DNA of 57,236 nucleotides from an uncultured Verrucomicrobiota bacterium (GTDB taxonomy: Bacteria > Verrucomicrobiota > Verrucomicrobiia > Limisphaerales > UBA1100): contig CAZTTU010000004.1 in NCBI GenBank assembly GCA_964616045.1, positions 1 through 57,236 on the forward strand, given 5' to 3'. The position numbers and the translations under genes are program-made. Within the stretch, counting starts at the first letter, position 1. The number at the start of each line of letters is the position of its first letter. The notes under the pieces were generated by a model. The model made no database searches. It was given only the letters and a program-made list of their open reading frames with translations, and had not been told where the DNA came from. Shown in pieces: positions 15,001-19,736 of the stretch.

Positions 15001-18000
15001 CCAACCAACAAGTGTAACTGTGGATGGTAAGGGCCGATTGTATATTGCTGACGGAGGCAATAATCGAATCAGGCTGGTTGCCCCTGATACTGGCACCTAT
15101 CGTGTCTTAGCTAATAACGCATATGGCAACGCCACCAGCAATGATTCAAAACTGGTTGTAGGTTATGCCCCGACTCAGATCTTTCAAACACCAGACATCA
15201 ACTCCACACTTGGGAGCACCATCACTCTCAAATCACATTTCTTGGGATCCCATCCCCTGAATTATCAATGGCAAAAGAATGGCCAAGATATCCCAGGGGC
15301 TGCCTCGCCCAGCTTAACCATAAGCGATCTGAATCAAACAGATGATGGCAATTACAGAGTAATTGTTTCCAATCCCTATGACAGCCTCACAGGGAATGAT
15401 GCTCTTGTAACCACCCTGCTTCCACCAACGATCGCGCAACAGCCCGAAAATTTATTTTTGATAGCCGGGTCTACCGCCTCTTTCACAGTCGAAGCAAATG
15501 GTACCGCCCCGCTTGCCTACCAATGGATGAAGAATGGCACCAATATTGTTGGAGCCACAGAAAAGGTTCTCCAACTTTCTGCGGTTGCTGGAGGGGATGC
15601 TGGTCATTATTCAGTTCAAATCAACAGCCCATATGGCAGTGCAACAAGTGATTCTGCGAGCCTGAGCGTGGGGATGCCTCCGACTCTTACGTCAGAGCCC
15701 ATGGATAAAAATGCTTCGGTGGGCGAAAGTGTTTCCTTTGATTCAAACGCGACAGGTAGCACACCAATGTCCTATCAATGGCAATACAAGGGGGCCAACA
15801 TTACGGGGGCAGTTTCGCCAACCTACAATATTCCGATGGTGAAAGGTGATCACAACGGCACTTATCGAGTGGTCGTCAAAAATGATTTCGGCACAGTAAT
15901 CAGTCGGGCCGCAAAATTAACCCCAATTTTCCCGCCATTCATCACCTCGCAGCCATCTGATTATAACGCAACCATCGGAACAAACATCAATTTCACTGTA
16001 GTTGCCGACAGCATTACACCCCTCACATACCAATGGCAGAAAGATGGGGAAGACATTATCGACGCTAATTCATCAACCCATGTAATTAATAACGCCCAAG
16101 TTGAGTCCAACGGCACTTACAGCGTGATTGTCTCCAATTCCGCCGGAAGCGTCACCAGCAGAAACGGAACTTTAAACATTGTCTATCATCCTTCAATTGA
16201 GGCCCACCCCAAGGATATAAACGCTTCTGAAGGAAGTAATATCACTTTCATTGTCGATGCGAATGGCAGCCCTACTCTTACTTACCAATGGCAAAAGGAC
16301 GGAGTTGATATTCCGAATGCAAACAACACAAGCTATCACTTGACCAACACACAGAGTGACGCCAACGGAACGTACCGGGTCGTTGTCACTAACCCCTTTG
16401 GCTCTACCACTTCCGACGATGCGAAGCTGGCTGTCGGAAAAGCTCCAGTTTTCACTTCGCATCCATCCACTATTGACAATGCAGCGGTAGGCAGCGCCGT
16501 GTCCTTCTCAGTTGTCGCAACCGGATCCGGAATAATTTCTTATCAATGGCAAAAGGATAATCAAAACCTTGGTGCTGCAAATGCATCTACTTATGTAATT
16601 TCAAATAGCTCCGTTAACAGTGGAGGTGAATACCGAGCCATCGCCTCCAACCCATTTGGATCGACCATCAGTCAAACAGCACAATTAACAGTAGGCTATA
16701 AACCAGAGATCTTTTCCTCACCTGTGGACACCAATGCTACAGAAGGGGGCGATGTAACATTTACGGTAGATTCAAATGGCAGTGGGTTGATCTCTTACCA
16801 ATGGCAAAAGGATAGTATCGATATTCCCGGGGCAACTTTCAAGACGCTATCTCTACAGAACATCAACACCTCCGATTCAGGATCCTACCGAGTAGTCGCG
16901 AATAATAAGTTCGGTTCTACCAATAGTGATGAAGCATCGTTAATCATCCTAGGAGCGCCAACAATTACATCGCACCCCCAAAGCGGCAGCACTCCCCTGG
17001 GGGCCAATGTCACTCTCTCAGTGGAAGCATCCGGCACCCCACCCCTTTCATACCAGTGGGTTAAAAACGATGTAGTCATAAACGGAGCCACAAATGCAGA
17101 TTATACTATCAACAACATCGAGGCAAACGATGAGGGATCATATCATGTTATTGTAACCAACCCTTACGGGTCTGAATCAAGTAGTGAGGCAGTCGTGTTG
17201 GTTGGCTTGGGTCCAATCATCACCGTTCAACCAATTGATCAAAACAGCACAGGAAATAAGAATATCTATTTTAGGATCGGGGCTAATGGAACCAGGCCCA
17301 TGACCTTCCAATGGAAAAAAGATGGGGAGAATGTCGATGGACTAGACGTCTTCACGATCTCCGAATATATGTCATACTACAGTACGGGAAGCCGAAAATG
17401 GTATAAGGATTCGAACGGCAGTTGGTGTTATTTGACAGCAGACGGCTCGCTTTATCGACGGGGTGCCGCAAGCCGTATCGACTCAATTTTCTGGGCCAAT
17501 CCTGCAGAGTTGGTGGGGAGCAATTTCCTGATGATCAAGAGAGCCGGCGCCGCTTCGGCCGGCTCATTCCGGTGCATAGTAAGCAATAAGTTCGGCTCGG
17601 AAAATAGTCAGGAGGCGGAATTGTTGCTGGTTTCCCCGCCGGAAATTACAGCTCACCCCGAAAACACCACTCTGTCCATTGGTGCAAACGCCACATTGAG
17701 TGTTGAGGCAAGCGGCGACGGTCTATCTTATCAATGGACAAGGAATGGCATCAATATTGTTGGAGCCAGCAATGATTCTTACACCTTCAATAATGCCCAG
17801 GCGAACAATGCTGGCTCTTATGTCTGTGTCGTGACTAATCCTCATGGTTCAGTTTCCAGCCATGAAGCCAAGGTGACTGTGATGGCGCCCCCTGTGATCA
17901 TCACCCACCCAGTCAGTCAATCGGTTAAGCCCTCAGCCAATGTTACTTTCTTTATTGAAGCCGAAAGCGCTTCATCGCTGAGTTATCAATGGAAGAAGAA

Positions 18001-19672
18001 CGGTGTTGATGTCACAGGAGCAGTTGGGTTCATGATTGTTGAACACTTGTCGCGTTACGACAGTAGCAGCAGAAAATGGTTTAGGGACACAGAGGATAGA
18101 TGGTGTTACCTAACCCCTCAAGGTAAGTTGTATCACAATAGAGTAGCCAGCGATTTAAACTCAAGCTACTGGAATGATCCTTCCCTGTTGTTTGGCCTCA
18201 ACTTCTTCACGCTGTCAAAAGTAGATTCCGCCGATACGGGGACATACAACTGTGTAGTAAGCAACAATCTGGGTCACTCAACAAGTAATGGAGCGATAAT
18301 ACAAATAGCAGCACCGCCAGTTATTACCCAGCAACCAACCAATCTTTCCGTAGAGAATAATGCAAGCACAACCCTGAGCATCACAGCCAGCGGAGTCAGC
18401 TTGACCTACCAATGGCAAAAGGACGGGGTTGATATTCCCTCAAGCACAACTGCCAGTCACATTATCTCCAATGTGCAGGGCGAGGATGCCGGGGCATATC
18501 GTTGTGTGGTCTCAAACCTCCATGGGTCAGCAACCAGCCAAACAGCTAATTTAACGGTCAAGATTCCACCAGTAATTTCGGTCCATCCGATTGACGATAA
18601 CGCATCTGCAAGCTCCAACGTCACGCTCAGTATCATTGCCAGTGGCGCTGGAACTTTGACTTATCAATGGCGAAAAAATGGCGGCAATATCAATGGCGGC
18701 ACAGGATTCTCAATAATCGAACATCTTGCAACCTACGATTCCAATAAGCGAAAATGGTTAAGGGATGGTGATGGAAGGTGGTGTTACATTAATCCGCAAG
18801 GCGTTCTACATCACCGCGGCAAACAGCATAACTTCGGGAATAATTATTGGACGAACCCATCACTCCTGTTTGGTCCAAACTACTTTACGCTACATGGGAT
18901 ACAAGCCACCGATGAAGGCGCGTATAGCTGTGTGGTGAGCACAGAATTCGGCAGCACACTAAGTTCCGCCGCCGTTCTCACGATCGCAGCTCCACCCGCA
19001 TTCACAATCCAGCCATCTAGCCAATCGGGCCCAATAGGTGCAAATATCACCCTGAACGTGGAAGCTGTCGGCAAAGACGTAACTTACCAATGGCAAAAAG
19101 ACAGCATTAATATTGGAGGTGCCACTAATCCCACACTTTTACTGACGAGCGTTCAAGCCTCCGACTCCGGGATTTATCGCTGCGTGGCAAGCAATGCCCA
19201 AGGTTCGATAATCAGTAGCACTGCCACCGTCACGGTAATGTCACCTCCGGTCATTACAACTCAGCCCGCCGGCATCTCCACAACCAAGGGCAATTCCGTC
19301 ACCTTTATCGTCTCTGCCACAGGCCCTGGAACACTTTCTTATCAATGGCAAAAGAATAATGTAAACATCAACAATGAGGCTGGCTTTCAAATTGTTGAAC
19401 ACATTTCAAAATACGATTCTCCCAAGAAAAAATGGCTCAAAGATTCTCAAGGCAATTGGTGTTATATAAGACCCACCGGCGAATTGTATCGTGAAGGAAC
19501 AAGAAGCAACCTGGGTGTCGCCTATTGGAATAACCCAACACTGCTATTCAACCTGAATTTACTTACCCTACCTAGAATTCAAAGTTCAGAGGCTGGAATT
19601 TACCGCTGCATTATTTCAAACGCAGGCGGCAACGTTACCAGTCAAGCCGCAACCCTAACGGTCAATAACTGA
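2..19672 (+). CDS. giant repetitive cell-surface/adhesin-like protein (5'-truncated by window; >6,550 aa): Ig-like + LamG/ConA-like lectin + beta-propeller + C-type-lectin modules
   Basis: One uninterrupted ORF in frame 2. It is open from nt 2: the first 'M' in the ORF track at 53 is a GTG, and upstream codons read LALNAQGQIYIGGTFTTVDG with no stop. It ends at TGA 19670-19672. About three dozen ~85-aa Ig-like modules carry the recurring pattern YQWQ(K/R)NG...D.G.YRV...N..G..TS. Ten LamG/ConA-like modules carry LVAYYPFNGNANDESGNG...IDEVRIYNRALS. Propellers and the lectin module are listed separately. Confidence 0.9.
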   Translation: MALNAQGQIYIGGTFTTVDGQTHNRIARLQNDPAIDRVEVDDNGTWVRWNRDWTTPEAREVTFEEDVNGTWTLLGSGSRIEGGWELTGLSLTGSGRIRARARVRTGSYHGSMSLVENIADFPTIPAPLITRQPSAINTVTGDNVTFSVDANGTAPLTYQWQRNNIDIAGANGSSYTAYNVGLEDNATIYRVIVSNPGGTATSYGAYMEVDLPTSLAGFVHGMVAFYPFNGNANDESGNGLDLSIFGGATLTSDRNGTTNRAYHFDGSSGYLKHIGSASLPDMNNTTVSAWVHTTQAGLGTVFHDGWNGGPGKDTLLMVTDSKVGVRADKNGAVLGDGVPANPIDPGFVDVGNIRDSWNHVIWRMTGEKSEIYLNGELSATINEGGSMVGSHDPLMIGAWLNISTPTHLFGGSIDEVRIYERALSPLEIARLSLLETPPPAPPTIITQPQSVTTTTGANVTFSVDANGTKLSYQWQKNGVNIPDANSSSYSVYNVQPDDNATFRVKIYNRGGAITSNDATLGVLLPDSLSGFNHGLVAYYPFTGNTIDASGNGNDAAVGGATISASRDGTLNSAYEFDGSTSKITRTSAIQGGFNSFDALTYSAWIYAQPRSGNNLVTILDIGPETDNQRAAMMLSKDNKLHYVGQNNNLAFDHVITERLWIHVVMVKSGKQVTLFIDGVSKQTGTLGDGNIFTGGPLTIGWNGSSGDLFKGTIDEVRVYNRDLKVDEVTRLHLLEAPPIIITPPSSQNVTVGQNVTLSSLGGGPGLKYQWLYNGVAIPGATNSTFTINNAHNDQPFIGSAAGHSEFMKGKLDGMRVYNRTLTGGEVFQLSRVNSILAKGYTPGQKILEFAAGGKVGSSPAIGADGCIYFGSQDNKVYAYYPNGYKKWEFVTGDSIYESSPSIGSDGTIYIGSTDDKLYAINPNGSKKWEFPTGGDVRSTPAIGADGTLYIGSGDKKVYAVNPDGTKKWEFVTGDSIQAPASIGADGTIYIGSADKKIYAINPDGSKKWEFLTGGDIDHSPAIGSDGTIYVGSDDYKIYALNPDGTKKWDFLTENEVAASPAIGPDGTIYLTSCWFYEDRNMADKVYALHENNGTKKWEFTVGEKFAESSPAVGADGTVYVGARNNKVYALNGQTGAKIWEFAAGDIVDSSPAIGADGTIYIGSDDNKVYALASSSMGLANSSWPKFGRNNQNIHRLDGGGSSSINNGLVAYYPFTGHANDESGFENNGTVSGATLTTDANGTADSAYQFDGLDDNINITSIGFPLGNDARTVAGWFKMDGAGSDRNSTLLFYGQKAAGKGLGIRLNRIGRLEASDYGTVSVEAPTVVNDTKWHHFAFIGDGNNTAYLYVDGALSATKSGWNSNTTPPVSGNYQIVVTNPTGSITSAPAALTTPPTIVMHPQDMNASTGATVILSSMARSTAALSYQWQKNAVDISGATAANYTINNAKLGDTDTYRVVISNSAGSVISSSGQLNISLPKNLDEFSHGLLAYYPFTGNTNDESGNENNGTLNGASPAADSYGTPGRAYSFDGDDHIQLPNILPQFWNGTLSAWIQTTNTVTGANGKAIITKPKNATAHGFAMKHNNEGQPIADLAGVAISRQDGVVNNGKWNHVVAVADGNATKVYLNGVLVGNAIDLANTTHTSSNELMFIGKTKADDSNGFVGTIDEVRIYDRVLSPEEITQLHLLESPDSDGDGLTDAYEKGVSRYQIILANYTWTEARDNAISRGGHLGTITSAAEWTAIQDVLGTSLPGVRMWLGGSDATAEGTWTWVTGEPFTYTRWNTNEPGAQTADDDYVIIGSGAEDPNTKSWADVRNADKQAAYLLEVGYYTDPYNADSDGDGVSDGDEVTNGTNPNLVDNAPVISIHPTDINATTGATLTFGVIAKGAFSYQWQRNGVDIADANASTYVITNAQGEDNATYRAVAINAAGAATSNGAILTVSLPGDLGGFNHGLAAYYPFNGNANDLSGNNHHGSVTSASLTTDRNGTASRAYSFNGADSMIQVAEAASFEANSHSILLWMKPRNQTAPEHIISKDEGQGANRQWLLESRLDRTILGIVWTDEGEKQSVSSAKLNPNTWNHVAQVWNGNTLDIYINGVKASSVAASGNLATGAEPVRMGTVSINNRPYGGMLDDVRIYNRALSASEILKLHDLEKLGATVDYSIAFTEHPADCNATTGSDITLTANATALSPVSYQWQKDGVDLNGSSSASLVITNVKADDSGTYRVIASNQSGSKASNPAAVTIGDAPTITVHPADTIGAIDSNASFTFEANGTGPLAYQWQKEGVDLNGSNASNLLISNLSTEDNGTYRVVVTNPFGMATSNGAGLTIGASPVFTKQPVDTNATTGGNITLSSTAIGTGAISYQWQKNGVDLNGSNSPSLSFTNISASDSGVYQVVANNLFGSKTSNPITLGAFDPPTINTQPIHKNVTLGGNITLGVDANGSGLTYQWQRNGVDINGATNSTYTITNAHIDSPSIGSIAGAASFWKGSLDSLTVYDRELNATEILQLAGRSHLNVITVGGKPGQTGNVNGTPGNSLFSDPYSIAIDNQGNGYVSEYLNHCIRKISPPDHNATTFSTGLTNPTGICIAPDGNLYVTKFYEGNVTRITPAGAKTVVQSGFNRPCAVAVDGTGTMWVANTYSSQIIRIGQDQVRHTWWNIQANHIALGPNGDLYVANQADQTIRRIGANDPVSPIGQVVVVAGNPLQKGYRDGLANQSLLEDISGIAVSPTGNVYVADNGMIRLISSEGIVSTIAGKSGEFGFIDGQVKKSRFQNIGGLALDQNGNLWLAQRDKSVRLITNVEPTKGVVAYYPFNGNANDESGNNLNGIVQGATLVEDRFGNPNRAYLFDGSNDHIEVNATVVGTNDFAISFWTKVDISETKGALISQGGYAHQKGFLVDFWDGLGAGDRYRLETSDGGSTPLVNFADINGGNNGRAERGKWQHVAVSVYRSKTGNRSGLYVDGQLVASGNIPDINLSRSPLRIGANVVGENAHFNGAIDDVRIYNRALTNSEITALAEVSLARGLVAHYPFNGNANDESAQDHNGTPIGATLVPDRSGVLDRTYSYDGTDDAINITADAFPYGNSSLSVTGWIKTDGNASDGNTTILFYGGKTHNEGFVLGLNKLGRLEASAMGANTFDANASIDDGTWHHVAFTSDGNNTALLYIDGEQAGTTNGWNINTSARAWGTYQVTISNPSGASVVSDGAIVSTAPTITRHPQGCNATTGQSALFEVSAVGSPPLLFQWQKNGVSIEGANGPTYTLSNIQAEDNGTYNVVVSNNSGGAASIGADLIVSLPSTLAEFNIGLVAYYPFNGNANDESSYDNNGSIDGATLTHDRNGTPGSAYSFDGINDKINVNFVNAPLGNSPRTLSLWLKANPLEASDKHAVNWGTMAPSEAFGITKLNSNHNLSFYGHGANLDSNASLDTKWHHVVVTYDSTFIKVYIDGTLRRSGAVDLNTTDTTLLMGAALNSSNYWKGKLDEIRIYDRSLSATELSQLNLLETPPPPVITVHPVDVNATTGTNITMSVTATGGATYQWQRNGADILGANSSSLLIPNVQGDDNATFRVIVSNSSGNVMSNESTLAVSLPANLSEFNNGLLAYYPFNRNADDATGNGHHGLVQGPVLETDRNGTLQDAYRFDGVDDNIEVLDHADFDFGSGDLSLSFWLKFNGAQQQSQILGQSNGLGENNKWYVDYLQIYGGYKMALHFNTDANASIWLAPLAANYDTAWHLVNFVKRGTNYLAYLDGKELSFSIGPAAIPNTNAKLKLGTGEGSHFLNGDLDEVRIYGRALSTAEIDLLYQLEKPGPPSIRTQPTDANATTGENITFSAEALGLNPITYQWQKNGINITGANDSSYTIENVQADDDGSYRLIVTNPAGSANSSPATLKVTLPDKLSGFGNGLLAYYPFNGNANDASGNGHHGSVSGATLAADQNGTIAQAYQFDGSDHIQLPSILTNFERVTFSAWIKTNTKHAPNPGAVIAKPKTSGTNSPGVSLRIHGSPSNLAQMALDNGNAYISGQTGASLTDNQWHHIAGTADGNMTRIYVDGVLADEDAYNVVGATSTQTMSIGRDNGAGGVGYHYFTGVIDNVRIYDRALSSEELGKLKSLETPPLPIISQQPQDQHLAIGGNTTLHVTAYGATHYQWQKNGADIIDANSSTLSVNNATSDDNGSYSVIVGNGAGSILSEPATVTTGYAPSIILHPSDTNASYGDRVDFVADANGSPPLTYQWQKNNFNIGGPAATKSTYTINSLQIGDNGTYRVIATNPFGTSTSNIAVLNTGSKPTFSLQPIDVNATYGSNITLNTTADGPGPIAYQWQKNGADINGSNTQSHTITGAAVNDAGIYRATATNLYGVATSRSSTINIGYAPSIISHPTDSNATAGSNLTLSVDVNGTGPYSYQWQKGDVNIPDGTNRTYSLANIQAADAGEYRVIVNSPFGVKTSNRALLNVGNAPTITYHPEDVYAVRGEDVTLYSSSSGTGPLIYQWEKNGTLIPGATKSFYKIINTQQIDADSYDVTISNSFGSAKSNAAVVNVGDKPAILTNPLDVYTTPGKSISLSTLGSGSEPLSYQWQKGGKPIPGANSPTYTINNALSGHADTYRVVLSNNYGTTFSTAALVNVGHAPHFIAHPFDINATVGTTITFSSDLNGTNPISYQWQRNGQNIVEATNGNLSIPNLPLDYNGTITTITGQDVGGYNGDNIPASDSYLNDPHALFSDTNGNIFVADSKNNRIRRISHDGTITTSAGRTGHGYSGDGGPATSARLNKPRGFAIDRSGNIFIADTENHLIRKVDANGSITTVAGSGIPGFSGDGGSALLANLKFPNAIDIDDLGHMYIADSDNHRIRKVDINGTITTIAGSGIVGFSGDGGLAKYSQLDSPKDIKIDTAGRIFIADSGNHRVRIIDLNGSIATIAGSGAVGTGNGNMSGDGGLATIARLDTPLGLTVDGQGNLYVADSNNHRIRRVDINGTITTIAGSSTAGDGNGDFAGDGGLSGNARLNQPTSVTVDGKGRLYIADGGNNRIRLVAPDTGTYRVLANNAYGNATSNDSKLVVGYAPTQIFQTPDINSTLGSTITLKSHFLGSHPLNYQWQKNGQDIPGAASPSLTISDLNQTDDGNYRVIVSNPYDSLTGNDALVTTLLPPTIAQQPENLFLIAGSTASFTVEANGTAPLAYQWMKNGTNIVGATEKVLQLSAVAGGDAGHYSVQINSPYGSATSDSASLSVGMPPTLTSEPMDKNASVGESVSFDSNATGSTPMSYQWQYKGANITGAVSPTYNIPMVKGDHNGTYRVVVKNDFGTVISRAAKLTPIFPPFITSQPSDYNATIGTNINFTVVADSITPLTYQWQKDGEDIIDANSSTHVINNAQVESNGTYSVIVSNSAGSVTSRNGTLNIVYHPSIEAHPKDINASEGSNITFIVDANGSPTLTYQWQKDGVDIPNANNTSYHLTNTQSDANGTYRVVVTNPFGSTTSDDAKLAVGKAPVFTSHPSTIDNAAVGSAVSFSVVATGSGIISYQWQKDNQNLGAANASTYVISNSSVNSGGEYRAIASNPFGSTISQTAQLTVGYKPEIFSSPVDTNATEGGDVTFTVDSNGSGLISYQWQKDSIDIPGATFKTLSLQNINTSDSGSYRVVANNKFGSTNSDEASLIILGAPTITSHPQSGSTPLGANVTLSVEASGTPPLSYQWVKNDVVINGATNADYTINNIEANDEGSYHVIVTNPYGSESSSEAVVLVGLGPIITVQPIDQNSTGNKNIYFRIGANGTRPMTFQWKKDGENVDGLDVFTISEYMSYYSTGSRKWYKDSNGSWCYLTADGSLYRRGAASRIDSIFWANPAELVGSNFLMIKRAGAASAGSFRCIVSNKFGSENSQEAELLLVSPPEITAHPENTTLSIGANATLSVEASGDGLSYQWTRNGINIVGASNDSYTFNNAQANNAGSYVCVVTNPHGSVSSHEAKVTVMAPPVIITHPVSQSVKPSANVTFFIEAESASSLSYQWKKNGVDVTGAVGFMIVEHLSRYDSSSRKWFRDTEDRWCYLTPQGKLYHNRVASDLNSSYWNDPSLLFGLNFFTLSKVDSADTGTYNCVVSNNLGHSTSNGAIIQIAAPPVITQQPTNLSVENNASTTLSITASGVSLTYQWQKDGVDIPSSTTASHIISNVQGEDAGAYRCVVSNLHGSATSQTANLTVKIPPVISVHPIDDNASASSNVTLSIIASGAGTLTYQWRKNGGNINGGTGFSIIEHLATYDSNKRKWLRDGDGRWCYINPQGVLHHRGKQHNFGNNYWTNPSLLFGPNYFTLHGIQATDEGAYSCVVSTEFGSTLSSAAVLTIAAPPAFTIQPSSQSGPIGANITLNVEAVGKDVTYQWQKDSINIGGATNPTLLLTSVQASDSGIYRCVASNAQGSIISSTATVTVMSPPVITTQPAGISTTKGNSVTFIVSATGPGTLSYQWQKNNVNINNEAGFQIVEHISKYDSPKKKWLKDSQGNWCYIRPTGELYREGTRSNLGVAYWNNPTLLFNLNLLTLPRIQSSEAGIYRCIISNAGGNVTSQAATLTVNN
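2536..3590 (+). repeat. 8-bladed PQQ/BamB-like beta-propeller module inside the giant CDS
   Basis: Eight consecutive ~34-43-aa units of the form SSPAIGADGTIYIGS.DNKVYA.NPDGTKKWEF. Confidence 0.75.
5065..5550 (+). other. C-type-lectin-like domain flanked by two DSDGDG (thrombospondin-type-3-like Ca-binding) motifs, inside the giant CDS
   Basis: DSDGDGLTDAYE ... YTWTEARDNAISRGGHLGTITSAAEWTAIQDVL ... WLGGSDATAEGTWTWVTGEPFTYTRWNTNEPG ... DSDGDGVSDGDE. The WLGG...W.W..GEP..Y..W...EP pattern is typical of CTLD folds. Confidence 0.6.
7549..8405 (+). repeat. NHL-like beta-propeller module 1 inside the giant CDS
   Basis: Repeated blades such as FSDPYSIAIDNQGNGYVSEYLNHCIRKI, LTNPTGICIAPDGNLYVTKFYEGNVTRI, FNRPCAVAVDGTGTMWVANTYSSQIIRI and ISGIAVSPTGNVYVADNGMIRLI. 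Confidence 0.6.
12345..14046 (+). repeat. tandem array of 7 Ig-like modules (~255-260 nt period), the last one interrupted by the NHL propeller
   Basis: Module starts read PIISQQPQD, APSIILHPSD, KPTFSLQPID, APSIISHPTD, APTITYHPED, KPAILTNPLD and APHFIAHPFD. Each has YQWQK(N/G)G and a G.YRV...N.FG..TS tail. There are stretches of nt identity between units, e.g. caatggcagaaaaatggagctgacat at ~12431 and ~12951. Confidence 0.85.
14050..15090 (+). repeat. 6-bladed NHL-like beta-propeller module 2, inserted within an Ig-like module
   Basis: Six units of the form L..P.G...D..GN.(F/Y)(I/V)AD..NH.IR.VD.NG.ITT.AGSG..G.SGDGG.A. Confidence 0.7.
15090..17214 (+). repeat. tandem array of ~8 Ig-like modules
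   Basis: The array resumes with GTYRVLANNAYGNATS (the C-terminal strands of the interrupted module). Eight complete units follow, each with YQW(Q/M/V)K.G. Confidence 0.85.
17215..19669 (+). repeat. 3.6 copies of a 678-nt (226-aa) super-repeat: Ig module carrying a 59-aa unknown insert + plain Ig module
   Basis: Inserts lie at 17342-17518, 18020-18196, 18698-18874 and 19376-19552. Their starts are exactly 678 nt apart. Insert consensus: GF.IVEH(L/I)S.YDS..(R/K)KW..D..G.WCY(L/I).P.G.LY..G......YW(N/T)(N/D)P.LLF. Confidence 0.8.
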
Positions 19673-19736
19673 TTTGCAACGGAGGTCAGAATTATTTCCG
19701 CTAAAGACTGCTTCCACTCACTGGCAATCGAATAGT

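Noticed and set aside
28-19074. Dozens of 60-236-aa ORFs on the minus strand and in other frames within the giant gene (e.g. 269-661, 4217-4927, 14527-15096).
   Set aside because: All are fully nested in the 19.6-kb ORF. Their translations are low-complexity mirror images of the repeat (Pro/Gly/Arg-rich) with no motifs or RBS context, so they are shadow ORFs of a long, repetitive, GC-biased coding region.
12345-19669. Regularly spaced ~258-nt and 678-nt repeats, considered as CRISPR-like or satellite DNA.
   Set aside because: The repeats are in-frame protein modules (Ig-like) within one ORF. There are no short direct repeats with unique spacers and no cas genes.
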